Source: Lenisia limosa (lineage: Eukaryota > Protista > Breviatea). From it: a stretch of DNA of 64,000 bases. Under the pieces are notes generated by a model. It did not search any database and was not told the DNA's origin. It saw only the letters and a program-made list of their open reading frames with translations. Where the stretch lies: the NCBI GenBank assembly GCA_001655205.1, contig LPNZ01007654.1, positions 1 to 64,000 on the forward strand, read 5' to 3'. This document shows positions 25,426 to 42,410 of this stretch, piece after piece (the first letter of the stretch is position 1; every line of letters starts with the position of its first letter). The position numbers and the translations under genes were made by a program.

Positions 25426-27770
25426 ATGGGTTGTAACGCATCTAAGAAAAAAGAAAACAGGTAAGAACGACGAGACGAAACCTTTATGTTTCAGAAACGG
25501 AGCCGCTGTCCAAAGAGGCCCTGGGGAAGGAATCGAGGGTTTGTTTACTTATAGCTTTTTACTTATCCTTTTCAGAGGATGCAAACCAGGAAAGAACCCT
25601 TGTGATCATCAAACCAGATGCTGTCGCCGCTGGTTTGAGGCTCTCTTGGCCTCTGAATGCCTATTCTTTAACCCCTTTTATGTCATTCACCACTTAGGAC
25701 ACACTGATGCAATCCTCCAAAGAATCGAAGAGGAGGGCCTTGAGATTATCGAGAAGAAAAGTGCCACTGTTTGAGGGGCTGTAGCCGCTTAATTGGGGGA
25801 GGGGGGTCAATTTATTTTGATATAGTGGAGGGTAGCGCATGATTGAGTTCAAATCATTGGGATTATTTTTGGNNNNNNNNNNNNNNNNNNNNNNNNNNNN
25901 NNNNNNNNNNNNNNNNNNNNNNNNNNNNNNNNNNNNNNNNNNNNNNNNNNNNNNNNNNNNNNNNNNNNNNNNNNNNNNNNNNNNNNAAAGCCTTTCTTCA
26001 ACGATCTTTGCGAATTCATGACCAGGTAAGGATGGGTGATAGCCAAAGGGATATCTGACCAGGAAATGATGCATCTGCTGATGAACTAACAATCTTAAAG
26101 TGCGTATTGTTTTTCTTTATGTACCAGTCAACCTCCGGATCTTTATGATCCTACTTTCAATAGAGACTTTACTGCAAAAGGCATCTTGTTGTAGCTTAAC
26201 CAATGCCTCTTCCTCACCTTGTAGTGGCGAGTCAACAGCCGTTGTAGTGCAGGGAGAAAACTCGATCCAAAGATGGCGTGACCTCATGGGTCCCACCAAC
26301 AGCATCACTGCCAAGGATCAACACCCTAAGACGTAGGAAACCTTCGTTTATATCATGGCGGATTCATCGAGATCGACTTCTGGAATTATTTTGACAACTC
26401 CAGTATTCGTGCCCTTTATGGTCTTGACGGATCCAAAAACGCGGCTCATGGCTCGGATAGCAAGGCCTCTGCTGAGAGGGAAATCGGCTTTTTCTTCGGC
26501 TTCAATGCGGGTTGGCGGAATCAAAGGCTACATGTATTTGGTAGATGTTGACAATATTTCACAATTGGGGGGTGCTTGGAGGTGGGGTATTAATTGTCGC
26601 AGTATTCAGCCCTTTTCACCCCTGCAGAGCCCGCAGAGCCCGTCATTGACGAGCAACCGACCTCCATCTCCGCCGCCGCGGCCCAAGGCAACCTTGAACT
26701 CGTCAAGACCTTCTTGGAGGTATCTCATCGCAATCTGAAGAGTTAATTCATGTTTTAGGCTGAAGAAAACCGTACTTCGACCAAGCTTGGCAACAGTCTG
26801 TGTCTTGCAGCCCGATCTGGTCATGCTGACGTCATCGCCGCTCTCTTTGAACACGGTGAGATTGGTTAACTTGATTACATCATCTATTGCAATACCATAC
26901 CAATAATTGTAATTTGTACATGCTTTTTTTTTGTTTTTGTTTTTTCATGTTTTTTTTTTGCTTACTCGCTGCAGACTTCGACATCAATACCAAGGCCTTC
27001 AAGGGCATGACCGCTCTGCACGAAGCAGCTAAAGCCAACCACCTTGATGTTGTCAAGGCCCTCATTGCAAAGGGTTTGCAGGGAGCATCTTGGATACGCT
27101 TTAACCCCCCAGGAGTTGACGCCTCTCTGACCAACGCCAAGCAAGAGACGGCTCTGCACTTGGCGGCTCGTGCTGACGCTTCCGACGTTGTGTCCGCCCT
27201 CTTGGAGGCTGGCGTCGACAAAGAAGCCAAGAACGTTGTATGCAGGAGCGGGGGCTCTGTCTTTCCTTGACATTTGTTCATCATCATTACACCCCCCACC
27301 CTACCTGATTTAGTTTCAGATTTTGGTTATACATATATTATTATGAACAAGAGGAAATATATCCATTAGAAATCAAGGGAAACAAATAAAGACATAAGGA
27401 TACCCTAAATAAATTACTATACGTGATTATTACATTTACGCCATCGGAATTTCCTTCGTTTTACCCCCCCCCCCCCNNNNNNNNNNNNNNNNNNNNNNNN
27501 NNNNNNNNNNNNNNNNNNNNNNNNNNNNNNNNNNNNNNNNNNNNNNNNNNNNNNNNNNNNNNNNNNNNNNNNNNNNNNNNNNNNNNNNNNNNNNNNNNNN
27601 NNNNNNNNNNNNNNNNNNNNNNNNNNNNNNNNNNNNNNNNNNNNNNNNNNNNNNNNNNNNNNNNNNNNNNNNNNNNNNNNNNNNNNNNNNNNNNNNNNNN
27701 NNNNNNNNNNNNNNNNNNNNNNNNNNCTGTCAAGAAGTTGTCAAGAAGCAGAAGACAACCAGTTAATTAA
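25426..27770 (+). CDS. Nucleoside diphosphate kinase (NME group II-like) with C-terminal ankyrin repeats and an MGC N-terminus; 3' end uncertain because of a gap
   Basis: Exons read MGCNASKKKEN..., ERTLVIIKPDAVAA, KPFFNDLCEFMTS, WRDLMGPTNS, IRALYGLDGSKNAAHGSDSKASAEREIGFFF. Ankyrin motifs follow: GNLELVKTFLE, LCLAARSGHADVIAALF, GMTALHEAAKANHLDVVKALI, ETALHLAARADASDVVSALLEAG. Confidence 0.85.
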
Positions 27771-28269
27771 TTATTATTGATTGATAGAATTTGTTAGGTA
27801 GTTGTTAAGTGGCAATAAGGTTTGTGGTGAAGATAGTTCTACCTTTAAGCTTACCCCCTCCACCATCTAGTCGTCAGTTGCAATAATATTGAATATTAAC
27901 ATTAATTATGCAGAAAACAGCCTCTTACCATCTTCGGCACCTTCCCTCCTTCAACTCTTCTTTGACCCAGCCAACAAGCCTTGAGTTAGGGGAACTGTAA
28001 GCTGCGAGCACTGCTGGTAGTACTCCATCTTACTGCGCTGATTTTTTGTGAATGTAACCGGTTATATGGAGGGAGAACACCACTGAACAACACACGCTTT
28101 CTATTCAACATGTTCCGAGACAATATTCTAGAATGTTATCTGAATTGAAACCAAGTATCAGCCCTTTAGTGCGGAATTCTTCACGTATGTGAACTAATTA
28201 TATTGTTAATAGATTCCCTAAACCTTCCAATCTGCAGCACCCTTATCAGAAAGGAAGTTGCGTGGAGGC

Positions 28270-32560
<4,291 letters not shown>

Positions 32561-32779
32561 ATCTGTGTCCATCTTTCTGTGACACAAAGGCAACTCAAAA
32601 GCAAAATTGGTGTAATTGGTTCCCGTGGCCCGGGCTACCCTTCAGGTAGACAAAAAGTAACACGGGCCGGATTAACCCAGAGCTGCTGGGAAGAAATTGT
32701 CGCAAAATGAACTGAATTTGTAACTGATCTTTGTGATCCGGGTAAAAAAAGCAAAAAAAAAATTGAATCATGCTTTAAT

Positions 32780-32810
<31 letters not shown>

Positions 32811-32891
32811 TTATACACATATATGCATTTTTATAAAGAGAGATAACTCACTTTTTTTTTTGTTGAACGAATTCTTGACTAACATCTCACG

Positions 32892-34247
32892 ATGAACTGT
32901 GCTTTCGGGTAAGTTTGATGCTGCTATAGTCATAAAAGCTAACTTTTTTCAAAAATGTTACTCTTTAGTATTCACGAAGGAGCTTTCCATGTTGGGCGAA
33001 CTGAGCTCTTAAACTTTGTCAATGAACTTTTACAGACCAACTACACCAAGGTAGTCTCTCTCTTGAAATTCAACATTTTTCATAACGATCAGGTTGAACA
33101 GTTTGCCAGTGGAGCCCCCCATTGTGCCATCCTTGATGCAGTTTTCCCAGGTATGGAGTAATTATGAGCCGCATGGAAGCACTAGGCTGATTAGTTCCGT
33201 TCTTCCCCATCGCCCTACCAAATACTGTTACGTTGGCAGCAGTCTATATGAATCCACTTTGTTCACCTTATAGGAGTTTGTTATACTATATAATGGAGCT
33301 TTCAAGTAAAATAGGGATGTTTCCTTACTTAGATGTGCTTTCTGAAAGGACATACTTTGATATCCCCACTTTTCGCCTCCTTTTGCAATCTTTCTTTTTT
33401 GGAAGTTCCTTTGCCAAAACACGATTTATACTCTCATCCATCCCAAACAGGCAAAGTACCCCTTCAGAAAGTGAAGTTTGACGCCAAGCACCCTTATGAA
33501 TTTGAGAAGAACTTCAAGGTTCTCCAGGCTGCCTTCGACAAGCTCAACATTTCAAAAGTATTCATCAAATATGTCCTTCCATTATGGACTGGATCTATGA
33601 TATACGAGAATCAAGTTACGTTTCTTTTTGGCTATATTTCTTGTGATCTGGTTGATTTTGACCACACAGCATATTCCTATCGATCTCCTCATGAAGGGCA
33701 AATACCAAGACAACCTTGAATTCTTGCAGTATGCGAGGCTGCCGTCGTATTTTATTCGTTCATATTTTGACTATTCTTGGTCAAAGCTTTCAGACTGAAA
33801 TCTTTTTCAGCGGATATGAATAGTTTTTAAGTTTACCCCTTTTTCATTTGATGCTTCCTTGCAAAAACACATTGGTGTTGCCAGTCTTATTGCCTAGATG
33901 GATGGTGCGCTTCTACAAGATGCATGCCGCCGAGAACCCCGAGTACGACCCCATTGCTCGCCGCTCTGGTGCCAAAACTGGCTTCGAAGTAGGCTATCTT
34001 GACGTATCTGATTAACATGATAATTAATGACCGTCCTCCCTCTGTGTTTTGTTGGAAGTGTTTTGCCATAATGCTTCCTCTTTTGGCCAACATTGAAGAA
34101 CTCCACAGCCACCAAAACTGACCCCCTCTCCTCAGCCCACCACCAAGTCGAGCCCCAAAGCTACAGCCCCCGCCAAAGCCCCGGCTAAGGTGACACCACC
34201 CACCAAGGCCCCCACTGGTTAGTTCTCCAAAAACTCCATTGTTTTCT

Positions 34248-34278
<31 letters not shown>

Positions 34279-34929
34279 TTTTTTTTTTGTTTTTTTTTAA
34301 AAAATAACAATGATTTACACAACTGCTGACTAAGTAGCGCGTAAGGCAGCCACGCGTTCCAGCGCCTCTCCCAAAACTTCAACAAAAGGTATGGCCTGTC
34401 GCTCTGATAGTTGCTTCTCTGATGACAGGGCTCTTCAGCTTCATGGCGTTTAACGGTACAGAAGTTCAAGACCTGAAGGCACGAGTTGCAGAGCTTGAGG
34501 AGGCCTACGAGGCTTCCAAATCTGAAGCCGAATTCTATCTTGGAAAGGTTGGCCAAGCTGAGTTTGGGCTGCCTTTCACGTTATGGCCTCATTGGTGCTG
34601 ATTGAAATAGTGTCGTGACGTTGAGATTCTCTGCCAAACCCACGAGAACCCTGAGAACACCATCATCAAGAGCATTCTGGAAATCCTCTACAAGGTTTGC
34701 CATATTGCAGATATTTGGGCTTACCCATCTATCATTCTATTTTTTTATACTATTAAACTTTATTTTTATTTACCCGTTTGTTTGGAGTTTCAGATTATTC
34801 GGTTCGTTTTACCCCCCAGCATCTTATAATATGAGTATTCCTTCAGAATAAGTAGCTTCGTTCACCCGCCAGGTTGATGATGACGGTGAATTTGTCGCAG
34901 TTGAAGAGGACGGCATGACTGCCGAGTAA
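32892..34929 (+). CDS. MAPRE: Microtubule plus-end binding protein EB1 family
   Basis: CH-domain motifs GRTELLNFVNELL, VEQFASGAPHCAILD, FEKNFKVLQAAFDKL, KGKYQDNLEFLQWM. Coiled-coil/EBH region EAEFYLGK...RDVEILCQ...ILEILY, then an acidic tail. Confidence 0.92.
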
Positions 34930-35111
34930 CCCCCCCCCCCTAGTCCGTTTTATGTCACTCCTCCCCCCACACGTCTGATGTATCCCCCTATTTATTGACA
35001 CTGTCAGTTTTCATCACAAGGGTCGTTAACATCTTATTGATAACAATTGGTTAATAACAAGATCAGCTCCAATTAATACCGTCCACTTTGGCGGCTTGTA
35101 CGTTGAGGCTA

Positions 35112-36360
35112 TCACCTTCGATGGATTTTTAGTTCATCCCAGGTCGTTTCGGGGTCGATTTCTCGGCTAAAATCATGAACATAGGGGGAGGGGGGGAGGT
35201 AAGAACTATATAAATTAATACTATATGATATATAGTATAAAAATAAAGTAATACTCACACTTTATGACTTGCAACAAGGCGGTGGGGATTATCAAAAATT
35301 GTCTATTTGTCCAACTGGCACATGATTCTGAACCACAACCGATGAACATGGAATCTAGCCAGTAACGAGATAATTGGCCCCTCACCTAAACACCAGGTCC
35401 CTGGACTCTAACAAGACAATTTCCGCTGTGGTGTAGATCTTAGATCCAGTGACAAGATGGCCTCCAAATGTCTGACCAACTCCGTTGGATATTCTAAGGA
35501 TTTAGAAGATTATGATAACTTTTCGAGTGGTTGCATTGTTACTGCCACCTGTACTTTGCATTAGTTGGTTAAAGTCATCTACTATCTATTACATAGTACA
35601 TATCATACAACATGTAATTGTATATTAGTATATCATATAATATCATAAAAGTTATAATAGAGATTTTAAAGCAAAAAAACAAAAGAGAAGTTTGGAATCA
35701 GTTTTAAAAAATTCAATGATGTGGACGGCTTCAAACTCATAATATATATCCCACTTACGAATGCATTAGCCCACTTACGAAATGTGGATATGAGGGCCGT
35801 CCGGGCCAATCGTTCCTGTCAAAGAGACTATTTCAAAAGGTCCTAAATGGAGATGACGAACAGTTCACAGAATGAACCCGATCTTGAGCAAAGTAGCCCC
35901 CTACCAGTTAGAGTGGTCAAGTCTGTTTGGTTTGCAAAACGGATCCTGGCCTCAGTCAAAGATCCAACACATGTGGCAACGGCAGCGGCCTGCGGTAATC
36001 AGTTCGAGAACACAAGTGCAAACACTCATCACATTTATGTGTCCCTCGCACTTTGAAGCCATGCTTCCTGACCGTGTCCACAATACCCTCCATTAAGTCC
36101 TCTCCAGGGTGCAATCTGATTCCGAGGGATTTCGTGTCTACTAAATGAAGCTTGTAGTGAATTTATAGGTTCGTACTTGTGTTGAAATAAGTTCAATTTT
36201 ATTAAATAAGAAAGTCACAGTTGAATTGCACAATTATGAATGCTCAAACAATAATCCACCTCCTACAAGACACATATCCTCCATCATTTGTACTAGTGAC
36301 CACCTGGCAAAAGATTGCAACGATCAGAAGCAGAACAGGAAACGTAGACAAATGCCACAT
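35112..36360 (-). CDS. PPC (DUF296) domain protein, possibly with an N-terminal signal peptide
   Basis: Exons read IRLHPGEDL, ATCVGSLTEARIRFA, GPFEIVSLTGTIGPDGPHIHIS, GQTFGGHLVTGSKIYTTAEIVLLES, FSREIDPETTWDELKI*. The 5' exon MWHLSTFPVLLLIVAIFCQ is phase-compatible but less certain. Confidence 0.85.
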
Positions 36361-36716
36361 CTTGATAGGCAAATGAATTTGAAGAGGGATCAATTATTTC
36401 TGCTGTCTACTATTTTTATATTTTATAATTACACTTAGTAGTTTTTTATGGAGGGTGGAAGGGGGAGGAGGAGGAGACAAAGGAACTCAAAAGGAGGAAA
36501 TAACTGGGGGTGCGCTGTGGTAGAAAAGTACTATGGTAAAATTGCTCGGAGAACTCTTCAATAATCAGGTTTAGAATATTTAATAATATAGATTGTAGTG
36601 CTTAATTAACTGACCTAGCAAAAAATTCCCTTTTTGTAACCGCTCTTCCATGTTTCCTTCCCTTGCCTGACCGCGAAACACATGTGACAAATAAAAAACA
36701 CTCAGACCAAGGCAGC

Positions 36717-39700
36717 ATGAGGGCTCGAAGGTCTTCCACGCCCGGCACCAGCATCCAGCAAGAAGTGCAAAGAGGTTTGGCGATGGACTTCTGGAATTAT
36801 GTGGATGCATCTTAAAAGGGCGTTTCACTTTTATCAATCTATAAAATATAAATGACTTCAGCTCTCACCGGAGGAGATAAAGTTGAGGCGACCATCAAAG
36901 TATGGGGCTCCAAGAGTGCGCGAACCTTGAAGAAAGCCAAGAAGTCAAAGAAGGAGAAGCCAAGACATCTCTCTATCACTGGTGGGATCCTTTTATAAAT
37001 CTATGTTGACTAATTTTGCATAATGTCAAATGCATAGAACAGCTCAACAGCCTATAATGTGGCCATATATTGATAATTACCCACTTCACTCCTCCTTGGA
37101 GGAACATTATCAGCAGTATATGACGTTTCAACTGGTTTGGCAGGCTTCACTAGTGACACAATTTGTGTGTATTATGATCCTAATTCAATGGAATTTAATG
37201 GAAAACAATCGCCAAGTCACTCAGATCACTGCAGTTAAACATGACAAAGTATACATCTACAAGCTGAAGCAAGATGACAAGAAAGGCCTCCAGCCAACGC
37301 GATCATGGCCTGCTGTGTCCTTGATATCGGTAAAAGGGTCTACTATTTTAACAAATAACATGTTCTGATGTTAAGTATGTTTAAAAGCAACCCGTCCCCC
37401 CCAATTTAAACTATCGATGCTTATTACCTGGGCATATGGAGTGGAGTCACCCTTTAGATCGAAGTGATCAAGGCCATGGAGCTGTCAGAGCCGAATACGT
37501 TGTTCACACTCAACCTTGACAAGGCCTACCACTGGCAGGCTGTTTCCTCGGTGGAGAGAGCAATGTTCCTATGTAAGGGGCTGTTCGGTACTGAATATGA
37601 CGGGTTCTTTCCACTGTCTTTGTGACGACACTACAGCGGACCTCGTTGAACTTGTGCGAGCAACGTCTGGGCGTGAGATTCCCATCATAGGTTCAACAAT
37701 TCAGCAACTTACTGCCGAAGGTAGTGGTGTAGTCAGGTGCTCCTAACCCGCTGTTGACAGTATAAGACTCGTGTTTTTAACTGATGTAGCTGGACAAAGC
37801 GCAAGGAAAGGGAGCGATGATGAAGGTAAACCTTGCACTAACCTCTGTTACTGTTATTTAACCGCCTTTGTGTCACCCTTGAAGATGAAGACACGTCCCA
37901 AATCGCGGTCCTATCCCCTGAGGAAGAAGACCAACTGCTCAGCCTCATGAAGACTACGACTGACATGAAGGGCCAAGCCGTCTTGGGTCAGTTGGAAGAC
38001 GTCATTGCGGACCTTCAGGAGGTTAGTTGATGGCAATGGGGACACAGGTCTTCGATTTAACATTCTAGTCGAGTATCCACTCCCTGCTGCAGCACCAAGA
38101 CGACATTCAGACCTTGAGCCACCAGCTTGACGTTGCCTGTCGAGATGTGGCCAGTATTTCAAAATGGCTGCGGGCTTTCAACCCTGCTTTGGAGGTTAGC
38201 AGCACTTTATCTTTAATCCCCTCCAATTACATTATGCCTTTGTTTTGTATTTTTAAGCCAAAAGTGAATTTCAAATAACCAAATGTCATTTCGTTTCTGC
38301 CACATCCTTACAACTATATCATTGCAAAATACCCATCTGTTACCTCCTTTCAGACAATGAGGAACAGTATTGAGGCGATTGAAGGGCGGAACAACCTTCT
38401 TGAGGTTCAGGCTGCTAACAAACAGGCCATAATACAGGAGGTTGACACGCTCATGGTGGGCTCACTCCCCTCATGTGGTGCTGACTTGTTTAGGAGAACC
38501 TTTCATTGAAACCCAGTTTTGAGAAGTCCCTTCAATTCACCGACCTCAGTACCCTTTCAGGGGTGGAGACTTGTGTTGAAGGTTGGGCATGCCTATGTAC
38601 ATAGATGTGGATATAAGTACGACTAACCGAGTAGTGACGGACCAAGTGTCGAAAGTTCTGAACGCCGTCATTCCGCCAGGAATGTGCGAAATGGTTGCTG
38701 TGAGTGGGAGTGTCAACAACACCTCTTAATCCTGTTCTTGCCACTCTCTCTTCAACTTACCCCCAGGTGATTTCTCGAAAAAAAGAAATCATGGATCTTT
38801 GCGACATTTTTGCCACTCGTCTGACAAACCACCTCATCAAGGGCATCACTGAGGAGGTTGGTATTGACGTTCTGTTGAACTCATTTTTATCGTTTTTAGT
38901 GCCACCGCATATCATCCAGCAAATCCAAAGCCAAGAAACTACACATTTCCTGTAGGCAAGGAAGGGACCAAAAAGCAATTCTGCTACCTATTATTGAAAA
39001 TGAAGGCAGCTTATGGCAACGTTCATTTCGAAAATTGATTATCCCTTCCGTCGGATGCATCACCTGAATGTTACCCCATAGCCCACGAGACCCTCCACGA
39101 CTTCTTGAGCACGCGAGCAGGACTCATCCAATGGCTCAGCTCATACAGCCCGGCGTAAGCCTCTTGCATCGACTTCGTGTTGTATTTTTTTACATAGACG
39201 ATTTACTCACGTCAGGAACTTCCGAACTGTTCTGAATGAACTTGAGGAGGAGGAAGGGAAGGTCTTCACAAAGAGCATCTCTTCTTTTATGGTGATCCTA
39301 AGCAAGCTTTTTGGTCTCTATATGATATCAATACACAGCTCAGCTCAACTCCTGACAATTTTCCGCTTTACCTTTCAGTCCAGTATTAAAACACTTCTGG
39401 TGAAGGAGCAACCGACTTCCCGCCTCTTTGCTACAAGCCAAAACCATATTGACGCGTGTGGTATGTGGGCACACAATAGGCATAACACTGATAGTATCTT
39501 GCCTCATAAATAGAGCTGTCTCACTTTCCTCATACAAACAGTTCCGCATGAGGTAATTACTGTGGAAGAAGTTTTCCCAGTCATAGGAAGTAACGACAGA
39601 ATAACACTGGCTCAGGTACGCAATTGCAATTGTTTATCTCGTCACCAAATCGTACTGCTTTGTCGTCTTCTGACACTCCAGGCGGCCAATCTGTTCCTTC

Positions 39701-41970
39701 ATACTGTACTTCCCATTGTGGAGGAGGAGGAGCTCTTCTTGTCCTCGTGTATGGTGCTATCTGACGATGACGAGTGAGAGGCTTGCTTAAAAGGAAAACC
39801 ATCAGCAAGATCCCTTATAAACGTGATGATAAGGATAGCTTCGGTCTGATACTACCTGTTTCATTCAGAGTGTATGTTATGATATGCATATACAGCACTA
39901 TTAATTCTTATGTTAGGATAGTATAATACTTAGATGATACAGAGTAAATCAGAAAAATGTTCTGTGATTTTTACCTTGAGTACTGTGTTTTCCATTATGT
40001 TTACCTCGAAGTTCTAGTGATCTGAGTCTCTCGGCAACCCTTGGTCGGATATTCTGCTCATTTCCGTCGGCTTGGGCCGGCTTCCAGTACGCTGGGGGGG
40101 GGGGGTGATATTTGAGATATCTCTTCATTGCCAGTTTTCAGTTTCCATGCCCGGTCACTTTGTGTTGACCAATGCAGTGACATAGCAATGAAATCTGACC
40201 ATTTGTGTCTCATTGATCTCAATGTTGTTTCTCAGAACTTCCTCGGACATCTTCAGTCGTAAGAGGGGTGTGGTCCGCATTATATGGATCTCATTTGGGT
40301 TTCACTCCTGTACAATAAAGTATATTGATGAATATCAAGACGTTTATACATTCTTGGAAGCCCTAATCATCGTGCTTTTCCTGTTGGGCATGTACAACAT
40401 GTAGTATATTATATGATAGTATTTGATTGGTATGGTTGAATCCAATAAATGATTGCTAATTGCCGGTTTTAGAAACTTCCTTGATGATGTGATGTCAGCC
40501 CAGGCGCTTGGCAACATCCGTGACTTCAACCTTTATTTGGTACGGTTTCATGATTGTCTTCTCCATAACCGTCCAGGACAACCAAGTTGATCACTTAAAC
40601 GAAACGAAACACGTGGCCAAACGGGTGGGTGTGTTAGCGCCAGTGAGTCACGTGACAATGACTCTGCAACTCTTAATGGCACATTGCCTTGGTGAGAAGT
40701 ACGACTCACTTTTGCCAATGGTGGTTAAGGTGGGAACGGACAGTTGCCACACTAGGGTGTCTTCGGTGGACATTTGCAATACTTCTGCTCTTTGGTTTGA
40801 CCCCCCCCCCCCNNNNNNNNNNNNNNNNNNNNNNNNNNNNNNNNNNNNNNNNNNNNNNNNNNNNNNNNNNNNNNNNNNNNNNNNNNNNNNNNNNNNNNNN
40901 NNNNGGTGTCTGCCTCTGACCCAAAGTACACCAACGTTATTCGTCTTGGTAGGCGGTCTTTGAGTGTTCATCTTCGGCATTGGGACTTCCCAGACACGAC
41001 GCAATAACCTATTACCCTCCCCCAGAAAACTACCACCACCTCTACATGTCCTTGAACGACCTTAGTATCCCGGGTGTTGACGACTTCCGTGCCCAAGCTA
41101 TGAAGCATTATCAGGTTGGCTGCAAAACAGGTTACCATATCAACTTCTGTTCTAATTGCCTAGGATAACACTGCTGAATATCTTGAATGGATCATTTCGT
41201 GTCAGTTCATCAAAACAAAGGTTACTTGGGGTCTTGCACCGAATGCATATTATCGTATTTCCTCAATCCTTGTGTAACACTTTTCATCACGTTTGTTTTG
41301 GCTGAACTCACCTTCAGGACTTCTTCGATTCGATGACGAAACTTCAAGGCCTTGTGGCGGAACGCGACATTCAGTACCAAGAGGAATTCTCGAGAGCTAA
41401 CTTGAAGAAAGCTCTCAAGGCTGCAACTGACAATGTGGGACTGCATACGCTTACCGATGCTTCCCAAGTTGATTCTTTGTTATACGCTATGATAGCATAC
41501 AATGACCTTTAACGTCACGCTACAGACGGCTAAACAACTACAAACAATATACCGACGAATGGACAAGCACCTTTGTGTCAAGGAGGGTCTGCTCCGTGAG
41601 CTCTGGAGCGATCTTTCAGTATGCTGCAGCAAGGCTGTGTCAAATATATTATCCTCACATGCATGACTTCCCAAAAATCACTACATTCTCGATAATATTA
41701 TATCAGATAGTAAGTAGTATCTATCATATCATATATTATTGTATGTTTGTATTTCAGCCCCTTACTGTAAAGTCATGGTATTTTTCTCGTTTCCTACAAT
41801 ATGACTAAGACGTTGAGCTGCTTTTGAGAAATTTGACCACCCAGCTGTTCTTTAACAGCTTATGGCAAGAATGGATTGCCAAGGTTGAGCTCTGTTACCC
41901 AGGTGAAGTCATCTCACTTTCCATCGATGAGCTGACTGCCATGCTTAACGCCACTCCAGAGAGCATCTGA
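36717..41970 (+). CDS. EXOC1: Exocyst complex component Sec3
   Basis: N-terminal PH-like region (FTLNLDKAYHWQAVSSVERAMFL), IEGRNNLLEVQAANKQAII, ENYHHLYMSLNDLSIP, DIQYQEEFSRANLKK, IYRRMDKHLCVKEGLLRELW, ELCYPG; collinear with EXOC1. Confidence 0.85.
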
Positions 41971-42410
41971 TTCTAATTCTATGGTGTGTGTTTTTGTTTA
42001 ACAGGTCTGATTCCTGTTGCTGCTTCTCAGCTTTTTCCTTTATTTAACACGCCGATTGTGTCATTACAGGGGGGGGGGGCAAATGAAAATACTATGGGAG
42101 ATTNNNNNNNNNNNNNNNNNNNNNNNNNNNNNNNNNNNNNNNNNNNNNNNNNNNTCTGACCTACCCCATCGCGACGTTTTGCTTATCAAATGGTGATCCG
42201 CTAGAATTCCGGAATTCCGAGGCGACCTTGCTGGATGGGATGAAAGGTCGAAAATATTCGAATTTAGCGCGCTAAGGAGTTTCCCCCTTTCCCGACTGGT
42301 TTAGGCGTTGTAACAAGGTGAACCCCCCATTACCAACCCGTGAAATGAGTTTGAATCTTGAGTGTTTTCCAACAAGATTTCAACAAAATGTACATTGATA
42401 ATTGATACCA

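Noticed and set aside
27900-28260. Possible extra exon (MQKTASYHLRHLPSF...) linking the ankyrin gene or extending the AHCY-like gene
   Set aside because: I could not find phase-compatible splice sites joining it to either neighbour.
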